The notes below the pieces were generated by a model. It was not told the origin of the DNA. It saw only the letters and a list, made by a program, of their open reading frames with translations, and searched no databases. DNA of 64,000 nucleotides. It comes from Cyanobacteria bacterium P01_D01_bin.156 (GTDB lineage Bacteria > Cyanobacteriota > Cyanobacteriia > Phormidesmidales > Phormidesmidaceae). The stretch is taken from positions 32,001-96,000 of the forward strand of contig JBCCQQ010000009.1 of the NCBI GenBank assembly GCA_039024555.1, written 5' to 3'. Positions within the stretch are counted from its first letter, which is position 1, and each line of letters begins with the position of its first letter. The position numbers and the translations under genes were made by a program. Shown piece after piece: positions 30,344 to 39,436 of this stretch.

Positions 30344-31117
30344 TTAATGAGATGTCGGCTGTTGTTGACTATGGCTGGCACAATCGCGATCTAACGTTTG
30401 ACCGTCGGGCATAATGGTCCGGCAAAGACGAGCACCTTCTAGATCTTCAATGTGCACTTCTGCCCACCACAGCTCTGCTTCACTCAGATCCGCATCCCAC
30501 CATCTTGCTTCCCACAGTTCAGCATTGCGTAAGTTTGCCCCCTCTAGATTACTGCCTTGCAGATTGGCACCCCTTAAGTTTGCATTTTGTAGGTCGGCTG
30601 CTCGCAGGTCGGCTCCCTGCAGATTAGCCCCCTGTAAGTTTGCTTGTTGCAGGTTTGCCATACGCAGATTACAGTTGCTCAGCTCAGCATGAGGCAGCTC
30701 GATCCTGGCTAAGTTAGCGTTCGGTGCTTCTAACCCTTCTAGGGACAGGCCATCTCGATGTAAATCTTCTAAAGCTTGATAGCGTGCGTAGCTAATTTCC
30801 ATTTTGGCAGATGCGGCCATATCGACTATGCGCCAAGCTTCGTAGTGTCTCTGAGCACGGCGTTCGGGTGCTCCCTTGATGTATAAAATAACTGCGATTA
30901 CCGCTGCAATTGACTCCACATCACTTAAAAGAGTACTGACTATCTGCCAGTGGTGGGGCTGACTTTGAGGAGCAATAGATTGCTGGATATCAGGAGTCTC
31001 GGCCAATATTTTAAGGGCCAATAATAGCAGTACTGCTAAGGTGACGACCAGCCATGTAGGTACTGATTGCATCCAGCGTTCAACTGGATGAACTGGGCGT
31101 GTTGCTCTCCATTTCAT
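30344..31117 (-). CDS. Membrane-anchored pentapeptide-repeat protein
   Basis: Two hydrophobic segments, HYEAW..ARYQALEDL linker, then tandem A(N/D)Lxx repeats and a C.T.MPDG end. Confidence 0.9.
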   Translation of the reverse strand: MKWRATRPVHPVERWMQSVPTWLVVTLAVLLLLALKILAETPDIQQSIAPQSQPHHWQIVSTLLSDVESIAAVIAVILYIKGAPERRAQRHYEAWRIVDMAASAKMEISYARYQALEDLHRDGLSLEGLEAPNANLARIELPHAELSNCNLRMANLQQANLQGANLQGADLRAADLQNANLRGANLQGSNLEGANLRNAELWEARWWDADLSEAELWWAEVHIEDLEGARLCRTIMPDGQTLDRDCASHSQQQPTSH

Positions 31118-31177
31118 AGGCTGATTTTACAGGGTCAACGTATCCTGAAAAACGATGTCAGTGCTCACGATGAATCC

Positions 31178-32650
31178 TTAGGATGATATTTCTTTAAGAT
31201 GTAGAAAACTAGTGCAGGCTGGATGAATGCGGAAGCGTTCAATATTTTCTAGGTTGATCGTCGGTACTTCGTAATGTCCTAGATAGGCTCCTGCTAAGTT
31301 AGTGCGGCGATTGGTGTGACGAGGTACCCAGGCCTTTAAAAAGCCGATTTTCCAAAGGGTTTGTTTCAGTTCAAGGTAATCCATGTCGAGGAGCCAGTCA
31401 CTGGCCCGCTCAGAATCATATTCACCGCAAACAATGGCTAATAGAAAATAATCTAGTTCTTCTTTGTTGTAGTGGCTGCGTTTGCCTCGAAAGATTTCAA
31501 ATACATCGAGCAAATGAGGGTATTGAAAGCGGTACTCTGATGCTAAATCGCGTGTCTTTTGTTCTGAGTAGGATTCTTCAGCTGCTGCGATCGCAATTTC
31601 ATCAATGCGTCGACCTGCCAGAGAATACTCAATGCGCTCAGCGCATAGTTTGCAAAACTGGAGTAGTTCACGGGGCCGTAGCTGGGTGCGGTCGATAATA
31701 TAATCCAGTGTTTCAGTTCCCGTCGACTGCATCTGTGCAACAAATATTGACTGCCAAAGTTTTTGAGCATTAAGCCTGGTGGCTTGTGGAAAAGAATGCA
31801 CAATTCTTCGACCAATCAACTCTAGTAGTTCGTTTCTACCCCAACGAATAACTTCTACATCTTCGCGAATCTTTTGAGCGTCTTCGTAAATCTGCGGAAT
31901 ATTATCAAATAGTTCTTGGCGAATAGATATATAGACTCGTAGATTAGGACTGATAAGATTGAGCTTCTGAGTCGCCTGAAATAGCCCGGCAATAAAAAAC
32001 TTGGCATCTTCGGAATTATCCCAACCCTTATCGAGCTCGTCAATCAAAATTTTGATTTTGGTATTGCTTAAAACAGCTTCCAAACTAGGGAGTAAAGTTT
32101 TGATTTCATCTAGGCTGTAGAGTGCCTGAAGATCTTGACTGCGTAGGCTGCCACCCGTCCCTGTTTTTACCTGTTCAATGCGTTTGAGATAATCTACCAG
32201 AGTGATGATAGAGCTGGTTTGTTGGAAGAGATTATGACTAGACACATAGTCATAGATATTTTTAGTAGCCCCTAGAAGTAGTCCACGCTTGGTTTGAGCA
32301 ATTTTCTTGAAAATCAGCGTATATAGCAGATATTGCCAAGCTACCGAGTAAGCACTTTGTTTGCGCCAAAAACCATCTTCTTCACTGGTTAAGTGGTCTG
32401 ACAGGAGTTCGTAGGAATACTCCTCAGGGGATAGTTCTAAAACTAGATGTCCCTTCCGGGTTTCAGTGGTTGCAATATATTTAAAGATGGCACTTTTACC
32501 AGTGCCGCGATTGCCTACCAAAATCGTTTTACGACCGCTTAGAAACTTTTGATAGGTAACGTTAGGGTAAAAATACTCTGCCAGTCCTAAATTGATATCG
32601 CGTTCTGCAGAATCGGATCCTAAATTGAGCTCCCTGATGTCTAGCCGCAT
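31178..32650 (-). CDS. Stand-alone P-loop ATPase (Sll1717/FunZ-like family); the track start at 32845 is probably too far upstream
   Basis: LG..SAERD N-terminal motif, Walker A GNRGTGKS, Walker B ILIDELDKGW, IRQELF, DRTQLRPRELLQF, C-terminal F.IHP. Confidence 0.75.
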   Translation of the reverse strand: MRLDIRELNLGSDSAERDINLGLAEYFYPNVTYQKFLSGRKTILVGNRGTGKSAIFKYIATTETRKGHLVLELSPEEYSYELLSDHLTSEEDGFWRKQSAYSVAWQYLLYTLIFKKIAQTKRGLLLGATKNIYDYVSSHNLFQQTSSIITLVDYLKRIEQVKTGTGGSLRSQDLQALYSLDEIKTLLPSLEAVLSNTKIKILIDELDKGWDNSEDAKFFIAGLFQATQKLNLISPNLRVYISIRQELFDNIPQIYEDAQKIREDVEVIRWGRNELLELIGRRIVHSFPQATRLNAQKLWQSIFVAQMQSTGTETLDYIIDRTQLRPRELLQFCKLCAERIEYSLAGRRIDEIAIAAAEESYSEQKTRDLASEYRFQYPHLLDVFEIFRGKRSHYNKEELDYFLLAIVCGEYDSERASDWLLDMDYLELKQTLWKIGFLKAWVPRHTNRRTNLAGAYLGHYEVPTINLENIERFRIHPACTSFLHLKEISS

Positions 32651-32861
32651 GGGACACGAGGATAATAAAACTTTCTGGCTTAGTTTATCGTGTCCTTGAA
32701 GTTCACTGTAGTACTGTCCAAGACCGTTTTTTGGATACCCCAAACTTGCTGAAAAGAAATCAATTCTTGCAGCAAGTTTGGGAGTGCTCAGCTTAAAGGG
32801 CCATATCAAAGCTGAAAAGAATGTCAAGAGGTACTGATGAATCACCAGTACCAGCAGCGTA

Positions 32862-34682
32862 CTACACGATTTTATAAGTCACCACAAAGTCGTTGAAGTC
32901 GCGATCTCCCAGACCAACCTGGTCTTCTATGCCGAAGGTATTGTCTCCAAACTTCTTGAAACGGTCTAAGCCATCATTGGCTGCCCCGTAGCTAACGGCA
33001 ATATTATCTTGAGCGCCATCAATCATGACGAACATGCCTAGCTGAATACCTTCAGTAAAAGTGGCTGTAAAACTCTCGGACGTTTTATTAGTGCCTGTTA
33101 GAGTTACATCTAACCTGTTGGCAAAGGCCGCTTCTGCATATCCATCATCCTCTGGCAAGAGTATGTTGCCGTTTGCATCTCTTACAGCACCATTTTCACC
33201 AACTTCGTAGAAGCCCACTAGGTTATCTAATTCAGCTTCACGATAAACGGTAAAATTGATGCTGGCAGGACCCAGCACATCACTCAGGTCAATGAATTCA
33301 GCATCATTCCCCTTTAAGAGGTCGGCTGCTGGGGCAGTGTCAGTAAACGCAAAACTTAACTGATTAGCGTCTTCAAAAGTGGCTGTGAATCTCCCACCTT
33401 CCAGGGCGGCAAAGGTTCCAATCTGAGTAATACCTTCTGCCACATACTCAACTTGAATGTACTCTGTTTCGAGGAGTGCATTTTGTAAGAGATTAGTAGT
33501 AGGCTGGAAGCCAGGAAGAGCGCCTGCTTCGTTCCCAGGGGTGAAAACTTGGTCCAATAACTGGCGGTTACCGCCAGTAGCATCTGTTTGATAGAAATTG
33601 ATGACAGCTAGGGTATTCACCTGGGAAAAATCAAAAGTGGCACTTAATGCTGCTGCATCACCAATATCAATGGCTAGAACCTTATCTTGAGCGTTAGCCT
33701 GGGGTGGGGTATTCTCATTTCCAGGATTCTCATTTCCAGGATTCTCATTTCCAGGATTCTCATTTCCAGGATTCTCATTTCCAGGATTCTCATTTCCAGG
33801 ATTCTCGTTTCCAGTATCGTTAGTGACTGTGTAAGTTTGGTTGCTGCCAGTAGGAGCTGCCGTAGGCAATTCATCTCCAGTGGCATCCACAATGTTTTGC
33901 TCGTTAGATAGAGCAATGCCGACGATTCCGTTAAAAGTTGCTAAGTCCCCACCGGAAACGGTGATGTCATAAATGCTGCCTTGAGTAGTTGGGTTTTCAG
34001 TCTTGACCTCAAATACGTTGGTGACTCCAGCTGTACTGCTGCCGGTAACGATCCAATCTTCTAGGCTGACATTTCGTGCCGTTTCTGTGAAAACAACACG
34101 AAATCGTAAGGTGTCGTCACTGGTATTTGCTTCATCACTACGTAGGGTGATTCTCTCCAAGAACAGTGTATCGGACTGATTCTCAGTAGATTCAACAACT
34201 TCCTCTGTCTCACCACCACCGTTTTCATTACCACCACCGTTTTCATTACCACCACCGTTTTCATTACCACCACCGCTGGCATTACCAATTTCTGCCGGAT
34301 TAACAGTGACAGGGCTCTCTGCTGTTGGCGTACCATTCTCTAATCGTACAGCTTCCAGAGTTCTGGGATCTTCTTGAAGAATGTTATTTCCATCACTTGA
34401 AATAATTTCCGCATCAGGAGCAAGACCAATAGTAATATCACCGGTAAAGGTTGCAATGTCTCCACCTGAGACAATTACGTCGATACGGTCGATATTATTG
34501 CCAACTGCCTCAATGCGTTCAATGCTTGCAGTGCTTCCTCCGAGAACTCTGAAATCTGCTGGTTGGATGGAAGTAATCGTTCCGGCATTAGTTGTATTCT
34601 CAGGAAAAATAACGCGAAATTTTATGTTGCCGTCGCTAAAATTGTTATCACTAACAGAAATTCTATTGATAGATGTAGGCAT
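32862..34682 (-). CDS. Acidic surface/secreted protein: two Ig-like beta repeats, GNEN repeat linkers, C-terminal DUF4114-like domain
   Basis: Duplicated FRV.F...G.S.A....VSGGD(I/L)ATF.G module; C-terminal REA..DN.VGFY and FGIEDQ.G.GDRDFNDFV; no N-terminal signal peptide. Confidence 0.75.
   Translation of the reverse strand: MPTSINRISVSDNNFSDGNIKFRVIFPENTTNAGTITSIQPADFRVLGGSTASIERIEAVGNNIDRIDVIVSGGDIATFTGDITIGLAPDAEIISSDGNNILQEDPRTLEAVRLENGTPTAESPVTVNPAEIGNASGGGNENGGGNENGGGNENGGGETEEVVESTENQSDTLFLERITLRSDEANTSDDTLRFRVVFTETARNVSLEDWIVTGSSTAGVTNVFEVKTENPTTQGSIYDITVSGGDLATFNGIVGIALSNEQNIVDATGDELPTAAPTGSNQTYTVTNDTGNENPGNENPGNENPGNENPGNENPGNENPGNENTPPQANAQDKVLAIDIGDAAALSATFDFSQVNTLAVINFYQTDATGGNRQLLDQVFTPGNEAGALPGFQPTTNLLQNALLETEYIQVEYVAEGITQIGTFAALEGGRFTATFEDANQLSFAFTDTAPAADLLKGNDAEFIDLSDVLGPASINFTVYREAELDNLVGFYEVGENGAVRDANGNILLPEDDGYAEAAFANRLDVTLTGTNKTSESFTATFTEGIQLGMFVMIDGAQDNIAVSYGAANDGLDRFKKFGDNTFGIEDQVGLGDRDFNDFVVTYKIV
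33711..33815 (-). repeat. 15-bp coding tandem repeat (6 perfect copies and 1 degenerate) encoding (PGNEN)n
   Basis: Plus-strand unit ATTCTCATTTCCAGG. Confidence 0.97.
34212..34275 (-). repeat. 18-bp coding tandem repeat (~3.5 copies) encoding (GGGNEN)n
   Basis: Plus-strand unit ACCACCACCGTTTTCATT. Confidence 0.95.
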
Positions 34683-35302
34683 AGTAGTTTGAACTCTCCT
34701 AAATTATTTAATTAATGAATAGTAAGTATCGATTTTGAACTTAGCGGTGATGATGCGTGAATAACCTGATAACCGTTCACGGTGATATGTGTGCATCTGC
34801 AAAACTGCAATAATCTCTTCAGCATTGTTTTGCATGTAGAGATGCAATTTGTTGGCAAAAATCTGTTACTCGTGCCTAAACTTGAGCCTGTATTCTCATA
34901 GCTATTTTGTTAAGTCCTTTATCTCAGCAACGATGCGTTAAGAGTAAAGTGCTTAATTGAGTTTTCCTGCTTTAGGAAAAGTCTTGAGAAAGTGTTTTGC
35001 AATGTTGGATTGAATCAATTCATGCCTTGCGATTACATCATCGACCGAGAAACTACTTAAGATTTCGGCATTTATTGGGCTACTCCTGATCGCTGTTAGG
35101 AGAATTACGAAGGCTTAATCAAACGATAAATGGATGATTAAGAGTGATGATGCTTGCTTTTAAGGAGATGCTGAACGGGTTAAGTCAATGCACTGTGAAA
35201 CGACTTTCTACCCAGAGCGTCGTAAGGTTTTGTAGAGCGTGATGCTTGTGCTCTTCTTTATATCGGTTTGGGTGAGGCTAAGCGGAATGGTGCCAAAGGA
35301 TA

Positions 35303-37201
35303 CTAGGATGCGAGTGCTTCTCTGGTCATTTGCAATTCCTGAATGCGTTCTAGGGTTCCAGCAGGAATGGCTGAAATTAACTGTTTTGTGTAGTCTTGCT
35401 GAGGGTTGTTGTAAATCGCATCAGCAGGCCCAAGTTCTTCCAACTTGCCTTGATTCATAACCATAATGCGATCGCTCATGAATTTCACCACCCCTAAATC
35501 ATGAGAAATAAAGACATACGTGAGACCAAACTCTGCTTGTAGCTCTTTTAATAGGTTGAGTACCTGGGCCTGCACTGATACATCTAACGCGGATACGGAC
35601 TCGTCACAAATAATAAATTTGGGATTTAAAGCCAGGGCACGGGCAATGCAGATGCGCTGCCGTTGGCCGCCAGAAAACTCATGGGGAAATCGATTGATAC
35701 ATCCAGGATCAATATCCACTCGTTCTAGTAAATAGGCAACCCGTTCTTTGAGATTTTGTCGGTTGCGAACAACGCTGTGAATTTTTAACGGTTCGGCAAT
35801 CGCTTTGCCAATGCTCATGCGAGGGTCCAGGGAGCTGAAAGGATCTTGGAAAATCACCTGCATTTCGCGCCGTAGTTTGCGCATTTCGCCTTTGGGTAGC
35901 TGACGAATGTTCTTTCCTTCAAAGAAAATATTTCCAGCTATAGGTTCTACTAACCGGATTAGAGCCCTGCCCAACGTGGTTTTACCGCACCCTGATTCTC
36001 CAACTAGCCCAAACGTTTCTCCTTTGTATACTTCAAAGGACACATCATCTACTGCCATAAATGTGCGGGCTGTCTGACCAAATACCCCTTTGATGGGATA
36101 TCCCACTTTGAGGTTCTGAACGGTGATTAATGGTGATTGCTCTGCTATGTGTTCCAGGCGTTGATTCGTTTCATTGGCCGTAACTTCTGCAGTGAGATCG
36201 GCGGCTTCATCTGCGCTAAAGTGCCGTGCAAAGATTTGTACTTCGCCGTTGGGGCCATCCTGGACTTGCATATAGTCGGCGACAGTGGGCAGTTTTTTGA
36301 GCCGTTGTTCGGGACGGGGACGACAGGCTAGAAGCCCTTTGGTATAGGGATGGTCAGGGTTTTCAAAAATCTGATGGACTGCACCATATTCCACAATTTT
36401 GCCACGATACATGACTGCGACATCATCAGCGATTTCAGCGATTGTCCCCAAGTCGTGGGTGATAAAAATCATCGACATGGAGCGCCGATCTCTTAAATCT
36501 CGGAGCAAGTCTAGAATACGGGCTTGGACTGTAACATCAAGTGCCGTAGTGGGCTCATCCGCAATCAGTAGAGCTGGATTACAGGCGATTGCCATGGCAA
36601 TCATCACTCGCTGCAGCTGGCCACCGGAGAGCTGATGGGGGTAGCGTTTGAGAATAGCCTTTTTGCGTTGCTGCACCAGGCGAGCGATGGTATTGCGATC
36701 GCTAACCTGTTTTTCCTCTGCAACTAGCTCTGCAAGCTCTTCATCGCTAGGTAGGAGTTTGACTTCCTGGAGTGCCTCTATAACCAGCTTTTCAGCGTCA
36801 GCTTTGGTGACGCTATGGTGTTGTTGAATTGCTTCAATCAGCTGAAAACCACAGGTGTACACCGGATTTAAGGAACTCATGGGTTCCTGGAAAATCATTG
36901 AAACCTTCTCGCCTCGGTAGGCCTGCATCTGTTGCTGCTTGAGCTGGCATAAGTCTACTGGTGCTGCACCAGATACGTCTGAAAATAGAATTTCTCCGTG
37001 GGTAATCCGTCCAGGAGGAGTCGGTACTAGCCCCATTACCGCCAGGGAGGTGACGGATTTCCCTGAGCCTGACTCGCCAACAATTCCGAGGGTGCGACCG
37101 CGTTTCACCTGAAAGGAAATACCATCAACTGCTTTAATCACGCCGTTAGCAGTGTCGAACTCGACTTTTAGGTTACGGACATCAAGGATGGTTTCGCTCA
37201 T
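35303..37201 (-). CDS. Dipeptide/oligopeptide ABC transporter ATP-binding protein with two fused ATPase domains
   Basis: GESGSGKS and GESGCGKT Walker A motifs, YPHQLSGGQ, FPHEFSGGQRQR, HPYTKGLL. Confidence 0.93.
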   Translation of the reverse strand: MSETILDVRNLKVEFDTANGVIKAVDGISFQVKRGRTLGIVGESGSGKSVTSLAVMGLVPTPPGRITHGEILFSDVSGAAPVDLCQLKQQQMQAYRGEKVSMIFQEPMSSLNPVYTCGFQLIEAIQQHHSVTKADAEKLVIEALQEVKLLPSDEELAELVAEEKQVSDRNTIARLVQQRKKAILKRYPHQLSGGQLQRVMIAMAIACNPALLIADEPTTALDVTVQARILDLLRDLRDRRSMSMIFITHDLGTIAEIADDVAVMYRGKIVEYGAVHQIFENPDHPYTKGLLACRPRPEQRLKKLPTVADYMQVQDGPNGEVQIFARHFSADEAADLTAEVTANETNQRLEHIAEQSPLITVQNLKVGYPIKGVFGQTARTFMAVDDVSFEVYKGETFGLVGESGCGKTTLGRALIRLVEPIAGNIFFEGKNIRQLPKGEMRKLRREMQVIFQDPFSSLDPRMSIGKAIAEPLKIHSVVRNRQNLKERVAYLLERVDIDPGCINRFPHEFSGGQRQRICIARALALNPKFIICDESVSALDVSVQAQVLNLLKELQAEFGLTYVFISHDLGVVKFMSDRIMVMNQGKLEELGPADAIYNNPQQDYTKQLISAIPAGTLERIQELQMTREALAS

Positions 37202-37598
37202 GAATGGAAAATTAGTGGAGAGTGACTTGCGATGGATACAGAGAACTGAGCAATATGAATTTGGTGTGAGCAGGTGCTGCAGCTAGAAATATTGGTATTT
37301 TGCGTAACTAATGCCTGTAAGGGTAGATAAGGAAATACTGATTAAGTGATGTTGGAAAACCCAGGTTGGTTTGTGTATCGATATTAAAGGCAAACAGCTA
37401 TATTTTGGGTAGGCGTTGGTACTTCGGCGGATTTGCCCTAGCGTAGTAGTGCAAAGAATCGGTATTTTGAAATAGCCATAAATTAGGAAAATTACTTATC
37501 CCATGTGGGTTCTGTTTGGGCGACTTTGTATAGATATTTAGCCAAAATCATAGCAACCCTTCGCCGTCAATTTTTAATATGTTGTCTCTTCTCCCATC

Positions 37599-38657
37599 AT
37601 GGCTCAACTTGCGATCGCAGTTTTGATCGTTATTATCGGTTCCGCTATTTGCTCAGGTACTGAAGTGGCATTGCTTTCCATACCTTTGCTCAAAGCCCGT
37701 CAGCTTGCTCAAAATCGTAACCCTGCCACCGTTGCTCTGTTAGCCATTCGGGAAAAAATCAGCCGACCGATTGCCAGCATTGTCATTCTCAATAATATTT
37801 TCAACATCGTTGGTAGTTTTATCGTTAGCCGTATTGCGGCGGAACTTTTTGGCAACCTCATGCTCGGTGTTTTTTCCGGCATATTAACGTTTCTGATCAT
37901 TTTATTTGCTGAAATTGTCCCCAAAACCCTAGGCGAACGCTATGCAGAACAGTTTGGATTGCTGGTCGCAGTCCCTGTGCGTAGCCTGACCTGGTTGATG
38001 ACACCAGTTATTTTGGTCCTCGAAAAATTGACGGCTCCCTTGATCAAGGGAAATCATCGTCCCGTTACGAATGAAGCGGAAATCAAACTCTTAGCCATGT
38101 TGGGGTATCAAGAAGGTCTGATCGAAGACGACGAAGCTGAGATGATTCAGAAGGTCTTTCGGATGAATGATATTGCTGCTAAGGACATTATGACGCCCCG
38201 TGTGGCCATCACCTACATTGAAGGCTACCAGTCCTTAGAATCAGCTCAACAGGAAATTATGCAGTCCCAGCATAGTCGGATCCTGGTTACGGGGGAAGAT
38301 CTCGATGATGTACTAGGGGTCGCTTTGAAGGCGGAGTTGCTAGCTGCGCTTGTACAGGGGCGTGGTCAAGATCCCGTTACCAGCAGTATGCGCCAGGCTC
38401 GATATATTCCCACGACGGAGCGATCTGATAAATTGCTCAAAACGTTTCAAACGGCTCGTGAGCATTTAATGATTGTTGTTGATGAGTACGGTGGGGTTTC
38501 TGGGGTAGTGACCTTAGAAGATGTACTAGAAGTCTTGATTGGTGAAATTGTAGATGAAACGGATCGTAATGTTGACTTGCAGGCGTTGGCCCGGCAACGA
38601 CGGCGACGACTACTACAGCGCCAGGGATTTCAGACAGATCTAAAGCGCAGTCGATAA
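37599..38657 (+). CDS. CNNM/CorB (hemolysin-like, DUF21 plus CBS) membrane protein
   Basis: SGTEVALLS, FAEIVPKTL, IMTPR, VVDEYGG..GVVTLEDVLE motifs. Confidence 0.9.
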   Translation: MAQLAIAVLIVIIGSAICSGTEVALLSIPLLKARQLAQNRNPATVALLAIREKISRPIASIVILNNIFNIVGSFIVSRIAAELFGNLMLGVFSGILTFLIILFAEIVPKTLGERYAEQFGLLVAVPVRSLTWLMTPVILVLEKLTAPLIKGNHRPVTNEAEIKLLAMLGYQEGLIEDDEAEMIQKVFRMNDIAAKDIMTPRVAITYIEGYQSLESAQQEIMQSQHSRILVTGEDLDDVLGVALKAELLAALVQGRGQDPVTSSMRQARYIPTTERSDKLLKTFQTAREHLMIVVDEYGGVSGVVTLEDVLEVLIGEIVDETDRNVDLQALARQRRRRLLQRQGFQTDLKRSR

Positions 38658-38667
38658 TCAGCAGATT

Positions 38668-39162
38668 TTAAGGATGTAACATTTTTTTCAGATACCTCAC
38701 ACAAGCATCAATTTCATCTGTCATATGAAATTGCCCAGGGGCTAGCGTATTAAAAAAATCTTGGACCAAAGGATTATGGGGCATGAGTACCACAGGCTTG
38801 TGTTCTTTTAGGGCTAAGGCGATTTCAGACACCGTCCCTAATCCAAGACCACAGGCGATGATGGCATGGCTGGACAGCACATTGATGGCATTCCGAGCAT
38901 GGCCGATACCCGTCAATATTGGGATGGTCACCCCTGCCGCTATGGAATGACCTTGACTATCGGGTAAAACACCAATGACTGTGCCCCCTGCAGAAGCTGC
39001 TCCACAACTAGCAGCTGCCATCACTCCCGTAGGGCGTCCCCCGGTGAGTAATATCCAATGCTCTTGAGCAATGGCTTTGCCTAGGGCATAGGCCAGTTTT
39101 TCTTCTTCCTCAAGTAGGGTTTTACCGGGCCCCATAATGCCGATAATTGTTGATTGAGTCAT
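38668..39162 (-). CDS. LOG-like Rossmann protein (TIGR00725 type)
   Basis: TGG..GVM.AA..GA, TG.G.ARN.IN, GT.SEIALA motifs. Confidence 0.85.
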   Translation of the reverse strand: MTQSTIIGIMGPGKTLLEEEEKLAYALGKAIAQEHWILLTGGRPTGVMAAASCGAASAGGTVIGVLPDSQGHSIAAGVTIPILTGIGHARNAINVLSSHAIIACGLGLGTVSEIALALKEHKPVVLMPHNPLVQDFFNTLAPGQFHMTDEIDACVRYLKKMLHP

Positions 39163-39436
39163 GGATGAGCTGCTCGTTGATGAGCTGAATATCTTTAAAG
39201 GTATCCGGCGCTACGATGGTTGGACATGAAATAACTTGAATACCTCTATAGGCCAATTTTTACGCCTTGGCTAGCCCCCTTATTTATACTCAGTTCGCTA
39301 CATCGGCAACCGATGAGAATCAAGTTTGATTGCTATGTTAGGGATAATCTGACGATTTCCCCGTCGACTATGGGCACTGTTTTTATAGCCAGGGGTCTAC
39401 TCGAAAATCGTTCGTTTACCCAAGTTTCGCTCAGCT

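Noticed and set aside
32651..32845. 65-aa N-terminal extension of the P-loop ATPase given in the track
   Set aside because: It has no recognisable motif, and the family-like sequence begins just after Met at 32650. It is more likely intergenic.
33674..34336. ORFs with (RILEM)n, (SRILI)n and (VVVMKT)n repeats, and a possible CRISPR-like array
   Set aside because: They are other-frame readings of the 15-bp and 18-bp coding repeats. The units are contiguous with no spacers, and there are no cas genes.
35303..37201. ABC ATPase with no neighbouring permease or binding-protein genes
   Set aside because: Dispersed peptide ABC components are commonplace in cyanobacteria.
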